From: a virus
DNA length: 64,000 nt
IMG/VR virus record: IMGVR_UViG_3300008108_000036
Direction: 5' to 3' (one strand)
Position 1 is the stretch's first letter. Each line of letters opens with the position of its first letter. The notes under the pieces are model-generated. The model worked only from the letters and a program-made list of their open reading frames with translations, did not search any database and was not told where the DNA came from. A program made the translations under genes and the position numbers. Positions 28,219 through 36,712 of the stretch are shown piece after piece.

Positions 28219-28293
28219 TGGCACTCCCAAGGGGACTTGAACCCCTGCTACCTCCGTGAAAGGGAGATGTGCTAACCGCTACACTATGGGAGC
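28219..28293 (-). tRNA. tRNA-Glu(UUC)
   Basis: TCTCC-CTTTCAC-GGAGG; encoded CCA. Confidence 0.93.
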
Positions 28294-28299
28294 AAAAAA

Positions 28300-28384
28300 C
28301 GGAAGAGGAGAGATTCGAACTCTCGGAGACTTGCGCCTCGGCGGTTTAGTAAACCGCTGCAATAGACCACTCTGCCACCCTTCC
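28300..28384 (-). tRNA. tRNA-Ser(ACU), rare A34 anticodon
   Basis: GCGGT-TTACTAA-ACCGC; long variable arm; G73. Confidence 0.88.
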
Positions 28385-28402
28385 TTTTATTTAATTAAAA
28401 TA

Positions 28403-28485
28403 TGCTCATGGAGGGACTCGAACCCACATTCCTTACGGAACCAGATCCTAAGTCTGGCGCGTGCTGCCAATTTCGCCACATGAGC
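28403..28485 (-). tRNA. tRNA-Leu(UAG)
   Basis: CCAGA-CTTAGGA-TCTGG; long variable arm; A73. Confidence 0.92.
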
Positions 28486-28492
28486 TTTAAAA

Positions 28493-28568
28493 TGGTGCTC
28501 GGGGTGGGACTCAAACCCACGATAGCCTGCGTGTAAAGCAGGTACTTTAGTCGCTAAGTTACCCGAGC
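28493..28568 (-). tRNA. tRNA-Val(UAC)
   Basis: CCTGC-TTTACAC-GCAGG; encoded CCA. Confidence 0.9.
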
Positions 28569-28626
28569 TTTGAAAAATAGACCATTTGTTTTGAAATATT
28601 TGGTCTTATTCTCATAAATAATATAC

Positions 28627-29193
28627 ATGCCTAATCTAATTGAATCAGTTTGTCAAAATTGTACTAGTATTTTTTTTCAAAACAAATGCAAAGAAGAGCG
28701 TTTAAAAAAATTCTGTAATCGATCTTGTGCAGCTTCATATAATAACAAGCAAAGAGAGTATAAAAATACAACCTCATTTAAAAGCAACTGTAAAAATTGT
28801 AAAGTCGAGTTTGTGTATTCTTGTCATGCGTCTACTGGAACATATTGCAGTAATAAATGTCAAAGAGATTTTCAATTTCTTAATGAAACTCTTTTAAGAG
28901 CTGAGCAAGGACTAATAAACCAATCCTCGACATTAAAACGTGTAATAGAATTTAAAACAAAGCACAAATGCTTTTGCTGTGGCATTACAGAATGGAACGG
29001 AAAACGTTTAAGTTTGCATTTGGATCACATAGACGGTAATTCTGATAACAATTTTTTAGAGAATTTAAGATTGTTATGTCCAAATTGTCACTCACAAACT
29101 GAAACATTTTGTGGACGGAACATTAAAAACACCAAACGTTCATCTTATAATAAAAGATATAGAATTAAAAAATTAGCTCTACCGCTGAGCTAA
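28627..29193 (+). CDS. Free-standing HNH homing endonuclease within tRNA array
   Basis: Zn ribbons (CQNC, FCNRSC, CKNC, YCSNKC) and LHLDHIDGNSDNNFLENLRLLCPNCHSQT. Confidence 0.92.
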   Translation: MPNLIESVCQNCTSIFFQNKCKEERLKKFCNRSCAASYNNKQREYKNTTSFKSNCKNCKVEFVYSCHASTGTYCSNKCQRDFQFLNETLLRAEQGLINQSSTLKRVIEFKTKHKCFCCGITEWNGKRLSLHLDHIDGNSDNNFLENLRLLCPNCHSQTETFCGRNIKNTKRSSYNKRYRIKKLALPLS

Positions 29194-29200
29194 CTCCGCC
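29176..29200 (-). pseudogene. 5' half of a destroyed tRNA (acceptor strand + D arm only)
   Basis: Reverse complement GGCGGAGTTAGCTCAGCGGTAGAGC, then runs directly into the HNH gene; no anticodon or T arm found nearby. Confidence 0.7.
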
Positions 29201-29211
29201 TATTATAAATG

Positions 29212-29285
29212 TAGACCTAGTTGGACTTGAACCAACGACCTGTTCATTATCAATGAACTGCTCTAACCAACTGAGCTATAGGTCT
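29212..29285 (-). tRNA. tRNA-Ile(GAU)
   Basis: GTTCA-TTGATAA-TGAAC. Confidence 0.93.
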
Positions 29286-29290
29286 GAAAA

Positions 29291-29364
29291 TGGTGCGGGA
29301 TGGGAGAATCGAACTCCCAACCGAAGTTTGGAAAACTCCTGTTTTACCATTAAACTAATCCCGC
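29291..29364 (-). tRNA. tRNA-Gly(UCC)
   Basis: GGAGT-TTTCCAA-ACTTC; encoded CCA; A73. Confidence 0.92.
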
Positions 29365-29367
29365 ATA

Positions 29368-29439
29368 TCGAGTACCTCGGTACTGCCCCGAGTATTTCCT
29401 GGTCCCAAACCAGGCGGATTTCTTTCTTCCTCGTACTCG
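29368..29439 (-). tRNA. tRNA-Pro(UGG), non-canonical D and T loops
   Basis: Perfect acceptor CGAGTAC/GTACTCG, CCTGG-TTTGGGA-CCAGG, T stem CTCGG/CCGAG with loop GGCAGTA. Confidence 0.75.
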
Positions 29440-29489
29440 AAGTTGGTTTATTTATACAATTTGTACATCGAGTTCAAATCTTCCTGAAG

Positions 29490-29574
29490 TGGTGGGTAGT
29501 GCAGGACTCGAACCTGCGAAGCCCGAAGGCAGGAGATTTACAGTCTCCGGTAATTGCCGCTATACGAACTACCC
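29490..29574 (-). tRNA. tRNA-Tyr(GUA)
   Basis: GGAGA-CTGTAAA-TCTCC; variable arm; CCA. Confidence 0.93.
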
Positions 29575-29598
29575 GCAAAATATTGTTTTGTTTAAAAA

Positions 29599-29693
29599 TG
29601 GTGCAAGGTGTGGGAATCGAACCCACGCTCGGCCCACATCTAGGGCACACAGATTATAAGTCTGTCGGTACTATCCAGTTATACTAACCTTGC
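29599..29693 (-). tRNA. tRNA-Ile(UAU) with long variable arm
   Basis: ACAGA-CTTATAA-TCTGT; V arm GCCC-TAGATGT-GGGC; CCA; 95 nt. Confidence 0.85.
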
Positions 29694-29701
29694 AAAAAAA
29701 A

Positions 29702-29774
<73 letters not shown>

Positions 29775-29783
29775 ATTATAAAA

Positions 29784-29860
29784 TGGCGTTCCCAGCTGGA
29801 ATCGAACCAGCAACCTACGCTTTAGAAGAGCGTTGCTCTATCCAGTTGAGCTATGGAAAC
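29784..29860 (-). tRNA. tRNA-Arg(UCU)
   Basis: ACGCT-CTTCTAA-AGCGT; A20; CCA. Confidence 0.93.
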
Positions 29861-29868
29861 GTAGAAAG

Positions 29869-29954
29869 TGGTACTCGGAGAGGGACTCGAACCCTCACGG
29901 TCGTTAGACCAACGGATTTTAAGTCCGTTGCGGCTGCCATTACGCCATCCGAGC
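29869..29954 (-). tRNA. tRNA-Leu(UAA)
   Basis: ACGGA-CTTAAAA-TCCGT; variable arm; CCA. Confidence 0.93.
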
Positions 29955-29970
29955 AAAAACAATGTTAAAG

Positions 29971-30045
29971 TGGCTGGCAAGGTAGGATTCGAACCTACGA
30001 CCAATCGGTTAACAGCCGACCGCTCTACCACTGAGCTACTCGCCA
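29971..30045 (-). tRNA. tRNA-Asn(GUU)
   Basis: GTCGG-CTGTTAA-CCGAT; G73; CCA. Confidence 0.94.
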
Positions 30046-30059
30046 AATTTTTGTTGTAC

Positions 30060-30071
30060 TTTTCAAAGATC
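30060..30071 (-). promoter_or_regulatory. BoxA-like antitermination element in tRNA operon leader
   Basis: GATCTTTGAAAA about 15 nt upstream of the first tRNA of the array. Confidence 0.45.
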
Positions 30072-30217
30072 ATTGTTTGCTAGTTTTGAATTAGCTTTAT
30101 TGTTTGACTACTGTCCGTTATTTACTCTATAAAGGCAACAAAAAATCAAAAAATAAATTAAATTACGGTAAAATAATAAACAGTCGGCTTTTATAGATAA
30201 TGGAGTATAGTTAACAC

Positions 30218-30769
30218 ATGAATATATTTTTAGACATGGATGGTGTCCTTGTTGATTTGTATGGAAAAATTGCGTTAGAAATGTTTAATAAGACTTACTT
30301 GGAACTCACACAAGATGAAATATTAAACGCAAAAGCAATTTGGAAGGACAAAAAGCGTGCTTCAGCTTTTTTTAATAATTTCGGAGGAGTAGAATCATTT
30401 TTTGCTGATTTGCTCGAATTTGAAGACAAAACTCAACAAATCGTAGAAATCGTGTCGGGGTTCGATCCTTTTTATAAAATATGCTCTAAGCCTGCTCAAA
30501 TTGATATAGAAGCATCAAAAAAAGGAAAAATTCGCTGGATTAAAAAATATTTAGTTAAAAATCCTCCAAGCGAAATAATACTGACTCAAAATAAAGCTAA
30601 GTGGGCTATTAGTGAAAGTGGACAGCCTAATATATTAATTGATGATTATGATCCGTATCTTAAAGCTTGGACAGAAAGCGGAGGAATATCAATTAAGTTG
30701 GATTCTATAAATCGTACAACAAATGACATTAAAATAATTTTAACTAATCAGTTATCAAAAATTTTATAA
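30218..30769 (+). CDS. HAD-family 5'(3')-deoxyribonucleotidase (NT5C-like)
   Basis: IFLDMDGVLVD, GKIRWI, ILIDD, W..SGG. Confidence 0.85.
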   Translation: MNIFLDMDGVLVDLYGKIALEMFNKTYLELTQDEILNAKAIWKDKKRASAFFNNFGGVESFFADLLEFEDKTQQIVEIVSGFDPFYKICSKPAQIDIEASKKGKIRWIKKYLVKNPPSEIILTQNKAKWAISESGQPNILIDDYDPYLKAWTESGGISIKLDSINRTTNDIKIILTNQLSKIL

Positions 30770-30779
30770 GGTAGGACTT

Positions 30780-31052
30780 CTAACAATTCCAACCGTATAT
30801 CCATTTTCCTTCAGAATCCTTTTCAATTTCAGTCCACTGGTGCACATTTGTTGTGTTTCCTCTATAAAGTACCATCCACAAAGAAACATTTGTTGTTGTA
30901 GTTATTATCCATTTACATTTAGCCAATGTAAGAACCATGCTTAAAAAATGAACAGCTAGTGCTGATTTTTCAATTAAATGGTCAAATTCGTAATTTCCGT
31001 TATGTACTCCTTTCCACGAGGTTTTATTTAAACACGGCAAATTGCTGTTCAT
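30780..31052 (-). pseudogene. Probable C-terminal remnant of a fucosyltransferase-like glycosyltransferase
   Basis: LAKCKWIITTTTNVSLWMVLYRG resembles GT-B fucosyltransferase C-termini, but the ORF is only 90 aa. Confidence 0.35.
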
Positions 31053-31053
31053 T

Positions 31054-31821
31054 TTAGCTGTATGTTTGAGCTATTCTTTTGCAATTAGTCATTTCGTCGT
31101 TATAATTTAAGTTAAAAAAAATAGTTTCATTTGCTTGTGGAGAGTTTCGTACTACTGTGAAACAATCGTGTAACGACTTGCTGTCGTTTGTTGTATCATA
31201 AGAGAACATCTCTTGACTAATTATTGATAAATTGTTGGCTTTAGTTAAGTTATTAACTAACTCAAACCCTACATCTGGAGATCTCCAGTGTTTGTTATTC
31301 GATGTATTGCAATTTTGCAAATTGCTGTGATGTAAAAACATGGTTCCTCCGGGCTTTAGAGTTCGTTTTGCTTCTTTAATATAGCTTTCTATTACATCCA
31401 ATTGAGAGTGAACTAGCGAATCATAGCTAAATATAAAATCTACCGAATTGTCTTCGGTATGAGTTAATGTTTTTCCGTCATTTAAATAAAAGAAAGCTTT
31501 TTTATTTAAGATGTCGAAATAGAATTGCTGCTCACAATTCTTAATTCCTGTATCGTTAATGTCATAGCCAACGAACTTGTTGCACGTGTTGTTTAAAAAC
31601 CGAGACCACCTACCCCAACCACAAGCTATTTCTACAATGCAGTGTGAATTAATATATTTTCTAATTCTGGGAAATATTGTAGTCCACCATTGAGAGTCGC
31701 TTCCGCCAAAAGCATTGCTCCATCCTTCTCCTCTAAAGGTGTCGCTTCCTGGAGTTGACCACGCTTTTTTATTATTTGCGAGTGTTGTTTCTCCAAGAGG
31801 ATGATTTTGACTTGTGCTCAT
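31054..31821 (-). CDS. Class I SAM-dependent methyltransferase
   Basis: VEIACGWGRW, GYDIN, NDG, DFIFSYDSLVH, LKPGG. Confidence 0.88.
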   Translation of the reverse strand: MSTSQNHPLGETTLANNKKAWSTPGSDTFRGEGWSNAFGGSDSQWWTTIFPRIRKYINSHCIVEIACGWGRWSRFLNNTCNKFVGYDINDTGIKNCEQQFYFDILNKKAFFYLNDGKTLTHTEDNSVDFIFSYDSLVHSQLDVIESYIKEAKRTLKPGGTMFLHHSNLQNCNTSNNKHWRSPDVGFELVNNLTKANNLSIISQEMFSYDTTNDSKSLHDCFTVVRNSPQANETIFFNLNYNDEMTNCKRIAQTYS

Positions 31822-31866
31822 TAATTAATTTAGTTAATAAAAAACAAAAGACAACTTTAATTAAAG

Positions 31867-31939
31867 TGGAGGCAAGGGGATTCGAACCCCTGACATCCAG
31901 CTTGCAAAGCTGGCGCTCTACCAACTGAGCTATACCCCC
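31867..31939 (-). tRNA. tRNA-Ala(UGC)
   Basis: G3:U70; CCAGC-TTTGCAA-GCTGG. Confidence 0.94.
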
Positions 31940-31980
31940 TCAATCTAGTTTTAATTATTAAATGGAATAAATAGTTAAAC

Positions 31981-32796
31981 ATGTTTAGTCCTTTTAATTT
32001 AAATAAAAAAAACCCTTTTGAAGGGTTAGATCTAAATGCAATTTGTTATTTTGATACAGAAACTACAGGATTGCATCCTGCAACTTCACAGATAGTTGAA
32101 ATAGCTGCTATTAAAGGGTCTGAAAAATTTTATAAAAAAATTCATCTTACTGATGAAATTAAAACAAAAATAGAAGATGAAAGGCAAAATTTTGTACCAA
32201 AAACAAAAAAAGATAAAACTATAGAAGAATTGTTAGCAATGTCAGGTTATCATAACACATCGTCCGACAGTTCCGAAAAAAACGCTTTAGAGGAATTTGT
32301 CGCTTTTTGTAAGGGCTCTTCAATATTACTTGCTCATAATGCTACGTTTGATATGAAAATGATTAACCATAGATGCAAAATGTATGGAATTGATTATTTA
32401 CAAAATATTCCAGTTTATGATACGTTAGCGTTTTCAAGAAGATTTTTTGTACCAGCTCTTATTACAATTGAACAAAGTAGCAAAAACGAAACATCTAGAA
32501 AAAAAGCTAAAGACATTTTAGATAAAATTACAAAAACGTACTACAAAAGCGGTCAAAGACTTAACATTTCAAATAGTCTTTCTTCATTAATTGGAGCATT
32601 AAGAGGAAGCGTTGGAAATTGGCATCAGGCAATGGCTGATGTAGAAATGCTAAAAGATTTAGTTGAAAACTTCTTTAAACTTATGTTTGATAAACACTTT
32701 GAAACAATCTCAGATAAAGTTACGTTTAAAAAATATTACATGAGAAACAGTAGATTTGAAGACAGAATGAAAGAAAGTGATAAGAAGAAGAAATAA
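31981..32796 (+). CDS. DEDDh 3'-5' exonuclease (DnaQ-like)
   Basis: FDTETTGL, AHNATFD, YDTL, HQAMADV. Confidence 0.9.
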   Translation: MFSPFNLNKKNPFEGLDLNAICYFDTETTGLHPATSQIVEIAAIKGSEKFYKKIHLTDEIKTKIEDERQNFVPKTKKDKTIEELLAMSGYHNTSSDSSEKNALEEFVAFCKGSSILLAHNATFDMKMINHRCKMYGIDYLQNIPVYDTLAFSRRFFVPALITIEQSSKNETSRKKAKDILDKITKTYYKSGQRLNISNSLSSLIGALRGSVGNWHQAMADVEMLKDLVENFFKLMFDKHFETISDKVTFKKYYMRNSRFEDRMKESDKKKK

Positions 32797-33088
32797 TTTT
32801 ATGCTAATTTCAAATTTTGTTACAAAAAATGAACTTCATGAGTACATAGAAAACAATTACGGTAAAATATTATTTGTTTTTTCTATTTGGCATCATCTTT
32901 ACTCAGGAGACGATTTTGGTTATATAATTCAAAATTTTAATAACGAGCGTAAAGTATTGCTTAGTAAAAACGATGAGCTTTATATTTCAAATGAAGAAGA
33001 GCTGCAACTAAAGCTTGCTATATATTCCAAAGCAATAGCTGAAACAAAAAAAGCTATTTGTTTATTGAATCAACAACAAACTTTTTAG
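32777..33088 (+). CDS. Hypothetical protein
   Basis: ORF downstream of the exonuclease; true start probably the internal ATG (MLISNF). Confidence 0.5.
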   Translation: MIRRRNNFMLISNFVTKNELHEYIENNYGKILFVFSIWHHLYSGDDFGYIIQNFNNERKVLLSKNDELYISNEEELQLKLAIYSKAIAETKKAICLLNQQQTF

Positions 33089-33089
33089 T

Positions 33090-33659
33090 TTATACTTTAC
33101 AGTCAAACGCTTTTATTAGAATATTTAAACTGTATTCTGGAGTAGTGTTTTTGTGAATAATTTGTTGTATAGTGGACTCATATTTTACATCAGAATCCGT
33201 TATTCCGTATACTCCATATGGGTCTGGAGCAGTTGGGGAGTTGCGTTCTCGCGTAGAGTCAAATGGAGTGTAATCTAATTCTAAAGCAACTTGAGCTGGA
33301 GCGACTTCAACTGTGTCGGGATGAGAGTATTGCGGATATAACGTGATAGCTTTATTTACCATCACAACGACTAAATGTCTCATAAATACGTCGTTTACTG
33401 ATGCTTCTACAATTTGTTGCAATTCTACAATTTTGACTTTACCTTTAAGGGCTTCAAATGGTTGTAAGTAATGTTCGAATACATACAACGGAATATAACC
33501 GTTTGCTAATCTAGCGCAATCCTTTATTACATGATACGCACCTGGATTTTGAATTATTATTCCTGTATCAGGCCGAGCTATCGCTTTTTCAGACGGACCG
33601 TATAGTTTAGCTTCTTGGTGCGTACTATTGGACAATAAAATTTCTATAAAAGGTAACAT
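33090..33659 (-). CDS. Hypothetical protein (late promoter)
   Basis: 189 aa; TATAAATA immediately upstream. Confidence 0.6.
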   Translation of the reverse strand: MLPFIEILLSNSTHQEAKLYGPSEKAIARPDTGIIIQNPGAYHVIKDCARLANGYIPLYVFEHYLQPFEALKGKVKIVELQQIVEASVNDVFMRHLVVVMVNKAITLYPQYSHPDTVEVAPAQVALELDYTPFDSTRERNSPTAPDPYGVYGITDSDVKYESTIQQIIHKNTTPEYSLNILIKAFDCKV

Positions 33660-33718
33660 ATCAATATTTATTTATATTGATTTTGTTTGCTTTCTAATAT
33701 AAGTGAAAGTGGCTCTTT

Positions 33719-34189
33719 ATGGGATTAAATATTTTGCAAAAAAGACAACAACTTGCTGATTTGACTGCTAAAATAGCTTTAATTCAACAAGAAGTTTACG
33801 AGTTAGAAAATAAAAATCCTGAACTTACTGCACGTTTACAAAAGTTAGAGAAGAACCAAAAAACGATAATTGAAGAGCTAGATACGCCTATATTTGTATC
33901 AATCGAAAACTTTGGAGAAATCAGTTGTCTTTGGGAAGGAATTGGAGAAATGCCGCAAATAATTGATTGGAAATTTAGCTTTACTGAACATATTAATACG
34001 TTTTTAGAAACAATATTATTTAAAGAAGGGCGTATTTTGCTTTTATTTGAAATGCAAATTCCTGAAATCCAAAACCTACAACACGACCTGTTGAAACTAG
34101 ATGAAAAAGTAAATTTATATAACGAAGAAGTAACTATGTTATACAAGGAGAGTGCAGATGAAGGCGTTTTACAGTTTTATATAAAATAA
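33719..34189 (+). CDS. Hypothetical coiled-coil protein
   Basis: 156 aa with heptad-rich ends. Confidence 0.55.
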   Translation: MGLNILQKRQQLADLTAKIALIQQEVYELENKNPELTARLQKLEKNQKTIIEELDTPIFVSIENFGEISCLWEGIGEMPQIIDWKFSFTEHINTFLETILFKEGRILLLFEMQIPEIQNLQHDLLKLDEKVNLYNEEVTMLYKESADEGVLQFYIK

Positions 34190-34394
34190 AAACGGTTGCT
34201 TTACATATTATGGCCGAGTAAGTAGTTTTGTGAAATTGCTAGCGTTTCGCAATTTTGCAATACCTTCACGAGAAACTTTTGATTATGTAATGAACGAACC
34301 ACAAAATGAAAAAGCAAAGAGACGGCGAACATTTAGGTAAAAAAGCCGCAAAAATAATTGCTGAAATGTATTACAATAAAATTATTAATTCTTT

Positions 34395-35825
34395 ATGATT
34401 ATTTTTGGAATAAACGAAGCTGCTCACGATGCAGGAATAACTGTTATAGAAAACGGACATATTTTATTTGCTGCTCATTCTGAGCGGTACAGCAAAATAA
34501 AAAATGACTGGTTTTTAAATGACGCTATAATTAACGAAGCTTTAAAGTACGGTCGGCCCGATGTAATTGCTTATTATGAAAAGCCTCTATTAAAACAACT
34601 GCGACTACTCATAAGAGGTGGTTTAGGTAAAAAATCTGCATTTCAAAGAAACCCACAAATAAAAAATGTTCCTGTCGTTAATTTTGGACACCATTATTCA
34701 CATGCTTCATCTGGTTATTTCACTAGTAAATTTGATGATGCTCTAATAGTTGTTGTTGATTCTATAGGAGAATTTAACACCACTACTGGCTGGATTGGGG
34801 AAGGAACGTCTATAAAAAATATTTTCAAACAAAATTATCCTTTTAGTTTTGGATTGTTTTACAGCGCGTTCACGCAATTAATTGGCTTAGAAGCTAACAA
34901 AGAGGAATATATATTAATGGGAATGGCTGCGTATGGAAATCCAAACACTTTATACAAAGAAGTAAACGAGTATTTTCCTAATATACACAGTCAAAAATAT
35001 AATTTTCATAAAGGAATTTGGGATTGGAATATACCAATAACAGAAGAAACTAAATTTGATATAGCAGCTGCAGTTCAAAAAACATATCAACAACGTTTAT
35101 TGGAACTCATGCACTTCTTAAAAAAGACTACAAAAAAGAATAAATTGGTGTTTATGGGAGGATGTGCTCTAAACTGCTCTGCAAATACGTTGCTTTGGGA
35201 TTTGTTTGATGATATTTGGATTATGCCAAACCCAGGGGACGCAGGAAGCAGTCTTGGTGCTGCTGCTGCATATTATAAAAAGCACGTTGAATGGAATACT
35301 CCATATTTGGGTTATAACATAGAAGGAGATTATCCGATTCAAAATATCTTAAACGATCTTAATACAAGAGGTATTTCTGCGGTAGCTAATGGTAAAGCGG
35401 AATTTGGACCAAGAGCATTGGGCAACAGAAGCATATTAGCTGATCCAAGAGATCCTTTTATTAAAGACAAAGTCAATGAAATCAAACAACGGGAAAAGTT
35501 CAGACCATTTGCTCCTGTCGTTTTGGAGGAATATGCTAACGAGTGGTTTGATATGAATTTTCCGTCACCTTATATGCAATACGCAACAAAATGCAAACGT
35601 CCTGCAGAAATCCCTTCCGTTGTGCACTATGACGGTACATCCAGAGTGCAAACCGTAAACAAATCGCAGCACTCCGGCTTGTACAATTTACTAAAGCAGT
35701 GGTATGATAAAACGAAGATACCTATTTTGCTTAACACGAGTTTAAACATTAAGAACCAGCCTTTATTAAACGATAAAAACGATGCCGTAGCTTGGAAGAA
35801 ATTTTACAAACGAGGAATCAATTAA
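34395..35825 (+). CDS. Carbamoyltransferase (NodU/CmcH family)
   Basis: HDAG..SERYS, HHYSHA, DSIGE, MGMAAYG, GGCALNC, AEFGPRALGNRSILADPR, REKFRPFAP, HYDGTSRVQTV, LLNTSLN. Confidence 0.93.
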   Translation: MIIFGINEAAHDAGITVIENGHILFAAHSERYSKIKNDWFLNDAIINEALKYGRPDVIAYYEKPLLKQLRLLIRGGLGKKSAFQRNPQIKNVPVVNFGHHYSHASSGYFTSKFDDALIVVVDSIGEFNTTTGWIGEGTSIKNIFKQNYPFSFGLFYSAFTQLIGLEANKEEYILMGMAAYGNPNTLYKEVNEYFPNIHSQKYNFHKGIWDWNIPITEETKFDIAAAVQKTYQQRLLELMHFLKKTTKKNKLVFMGGCALNCSANTLLWDLFDDIWIMPNPGDAGSSLGAAAAYYKKHVEWNTPYLGYNIEGDYPIQNILNDLNTRGISAVANGKAEFGPRALGNRSILADPRDPFIKDKVNEIKQREKFRPFAPVVLEEYANEWFDMNFPSPYMQYATKCKRPAEIPSVVHYDGTSRVQTVNKSQHSGLYNLLKQWYDKTKIPILLNTSLNIKNQPLLNDKNDAVAWKKFYKRGIN

Positions 35826-35831
35826 ATTTAT

Positions 35832-35909
35832 ATGTTTAATATTTTATTTCAAAGTATAAAATGGTTAAGAAACAAAAAATTTAGAAAAAATGATAAATTT
35901 ATATATTAA
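35832..35909 (+). CDS. 25-aa basic peptide next to carbamoyltransferase
   Basis: MFNILFQSIKWLRNKKFRKNDKFIY*; resembles short K/R-rich ..D(P/K)FIY peptides I recall flanking phage carbamoyltransferases. Confidence 0.4.
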   Translation: MFNILFQSIKWLRNKKFRKNDKFIY

Positions 35910-35958
35910 ATAAAAAAGCAAGTTTTGATGGTTTTTGATCTTTGATAAATTATTTTAA

Positions 35959-36410
35959 GGGGGTGCCCTGGTTTCGACATATAGTTGAAACTAAAAGCGC
36001 ATGTAGAGGTTAATCGATGGCCTCTTTAAAAATCGATTGAACACTAAACGCAGAAGACAATACTTCTGATCTCTTAGCTGAAGCTGATTACATCTTCAAC
36101 AACGCTGATGAGTTTCTCATCGACGTTGAAGAAGCTTGTGCTCTCGAAGCCTAAGAGCCTAATAGAGGATCCTCTAAATCTATTTTGAAACGCAGAGGTT
36201 TTGATGAACTGTTAGAGATCATAGAAAAACTGATACAGAGGTAGTACAAGACCTCTCACTTGTGCAGGCAGACATAAAAATCGGTTGATACAACCATGCA
36301 GCCTTTTGTCTTTGTCACCGTAAGGTGGCTGAAATGTTGAATGTATCCAAACGTGTGAAGACCTTTTAGCTTAGGTTATATGGACAGGGGTTCGATTCCC
36401 CTCATCTCCA
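35959..36410 (+). ncRNA. ssrA: tmRNA
   Basis: 5' GGGGGTG..GGTTTCGAC; PK1 (AGAGG/CCTCT, AATCGAT/ATCGATT); tag ORF 36050-36154; 3' GGACAGGGGTTCGATTCCCCTCATCTCCA with G3:U70. Confidence 0.93.
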
Positions 36411-36461
36411 ATAAAATAAAAATTGTTGAAAAACTCATAATTCAAATGTTAATCAAGTCCT

Positions 36462-36665
36462 ATGACAACTATTGAGGAAGTAGCTTATTTTTTGTTAACT
36501 AAACCACCTTTAGACGAACTTACTGATGGCATTTCAGGAATTGTAGAAAAATATCGTTATAATATGTGGACAAAAACACAATCAGCAGAAGCTCTTATAG
36601 AAATTTACGAAGATAAATTGCAAGAATTTTTAGACACAAATCTCGAGTTAGCCGGACTACAATAA
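36462..36665 (+). CDS. Hypothetical protein
   Basis: 67 aa, downstream of a GTTGAA promoter-like element. Confidence 0.5.
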   Translation: MTTIEEVAYFLLTKPPLDELTDGISGIVEKYRYNMWTKTQSAEALIEIYEDKLQEFLDTNLELAGLQ

Positions 36666-36677
36666 CCAGCCCAAAGT

Positions 36678-36685
36678 TATAAATA
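36678..36685 (+). promoter_or_regulatory. T4-type late promoter TATAAATA upstream of lysis cassette
   Basis: Exact T4 late consensus; gp55-like sigma is encoded in the window. Confidence 0.6.
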
Positions 36686-36712
36686 CGAACTTTAACATAA
36701 GTAGTATTTATA

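Noticed and set aside
29291-29364. tRNA-Gly with A73 instead of the usual bacterial U73
   Set aside because: Could simply mirror host GlyRS preference; cannot be evaluated without host tRNAs.
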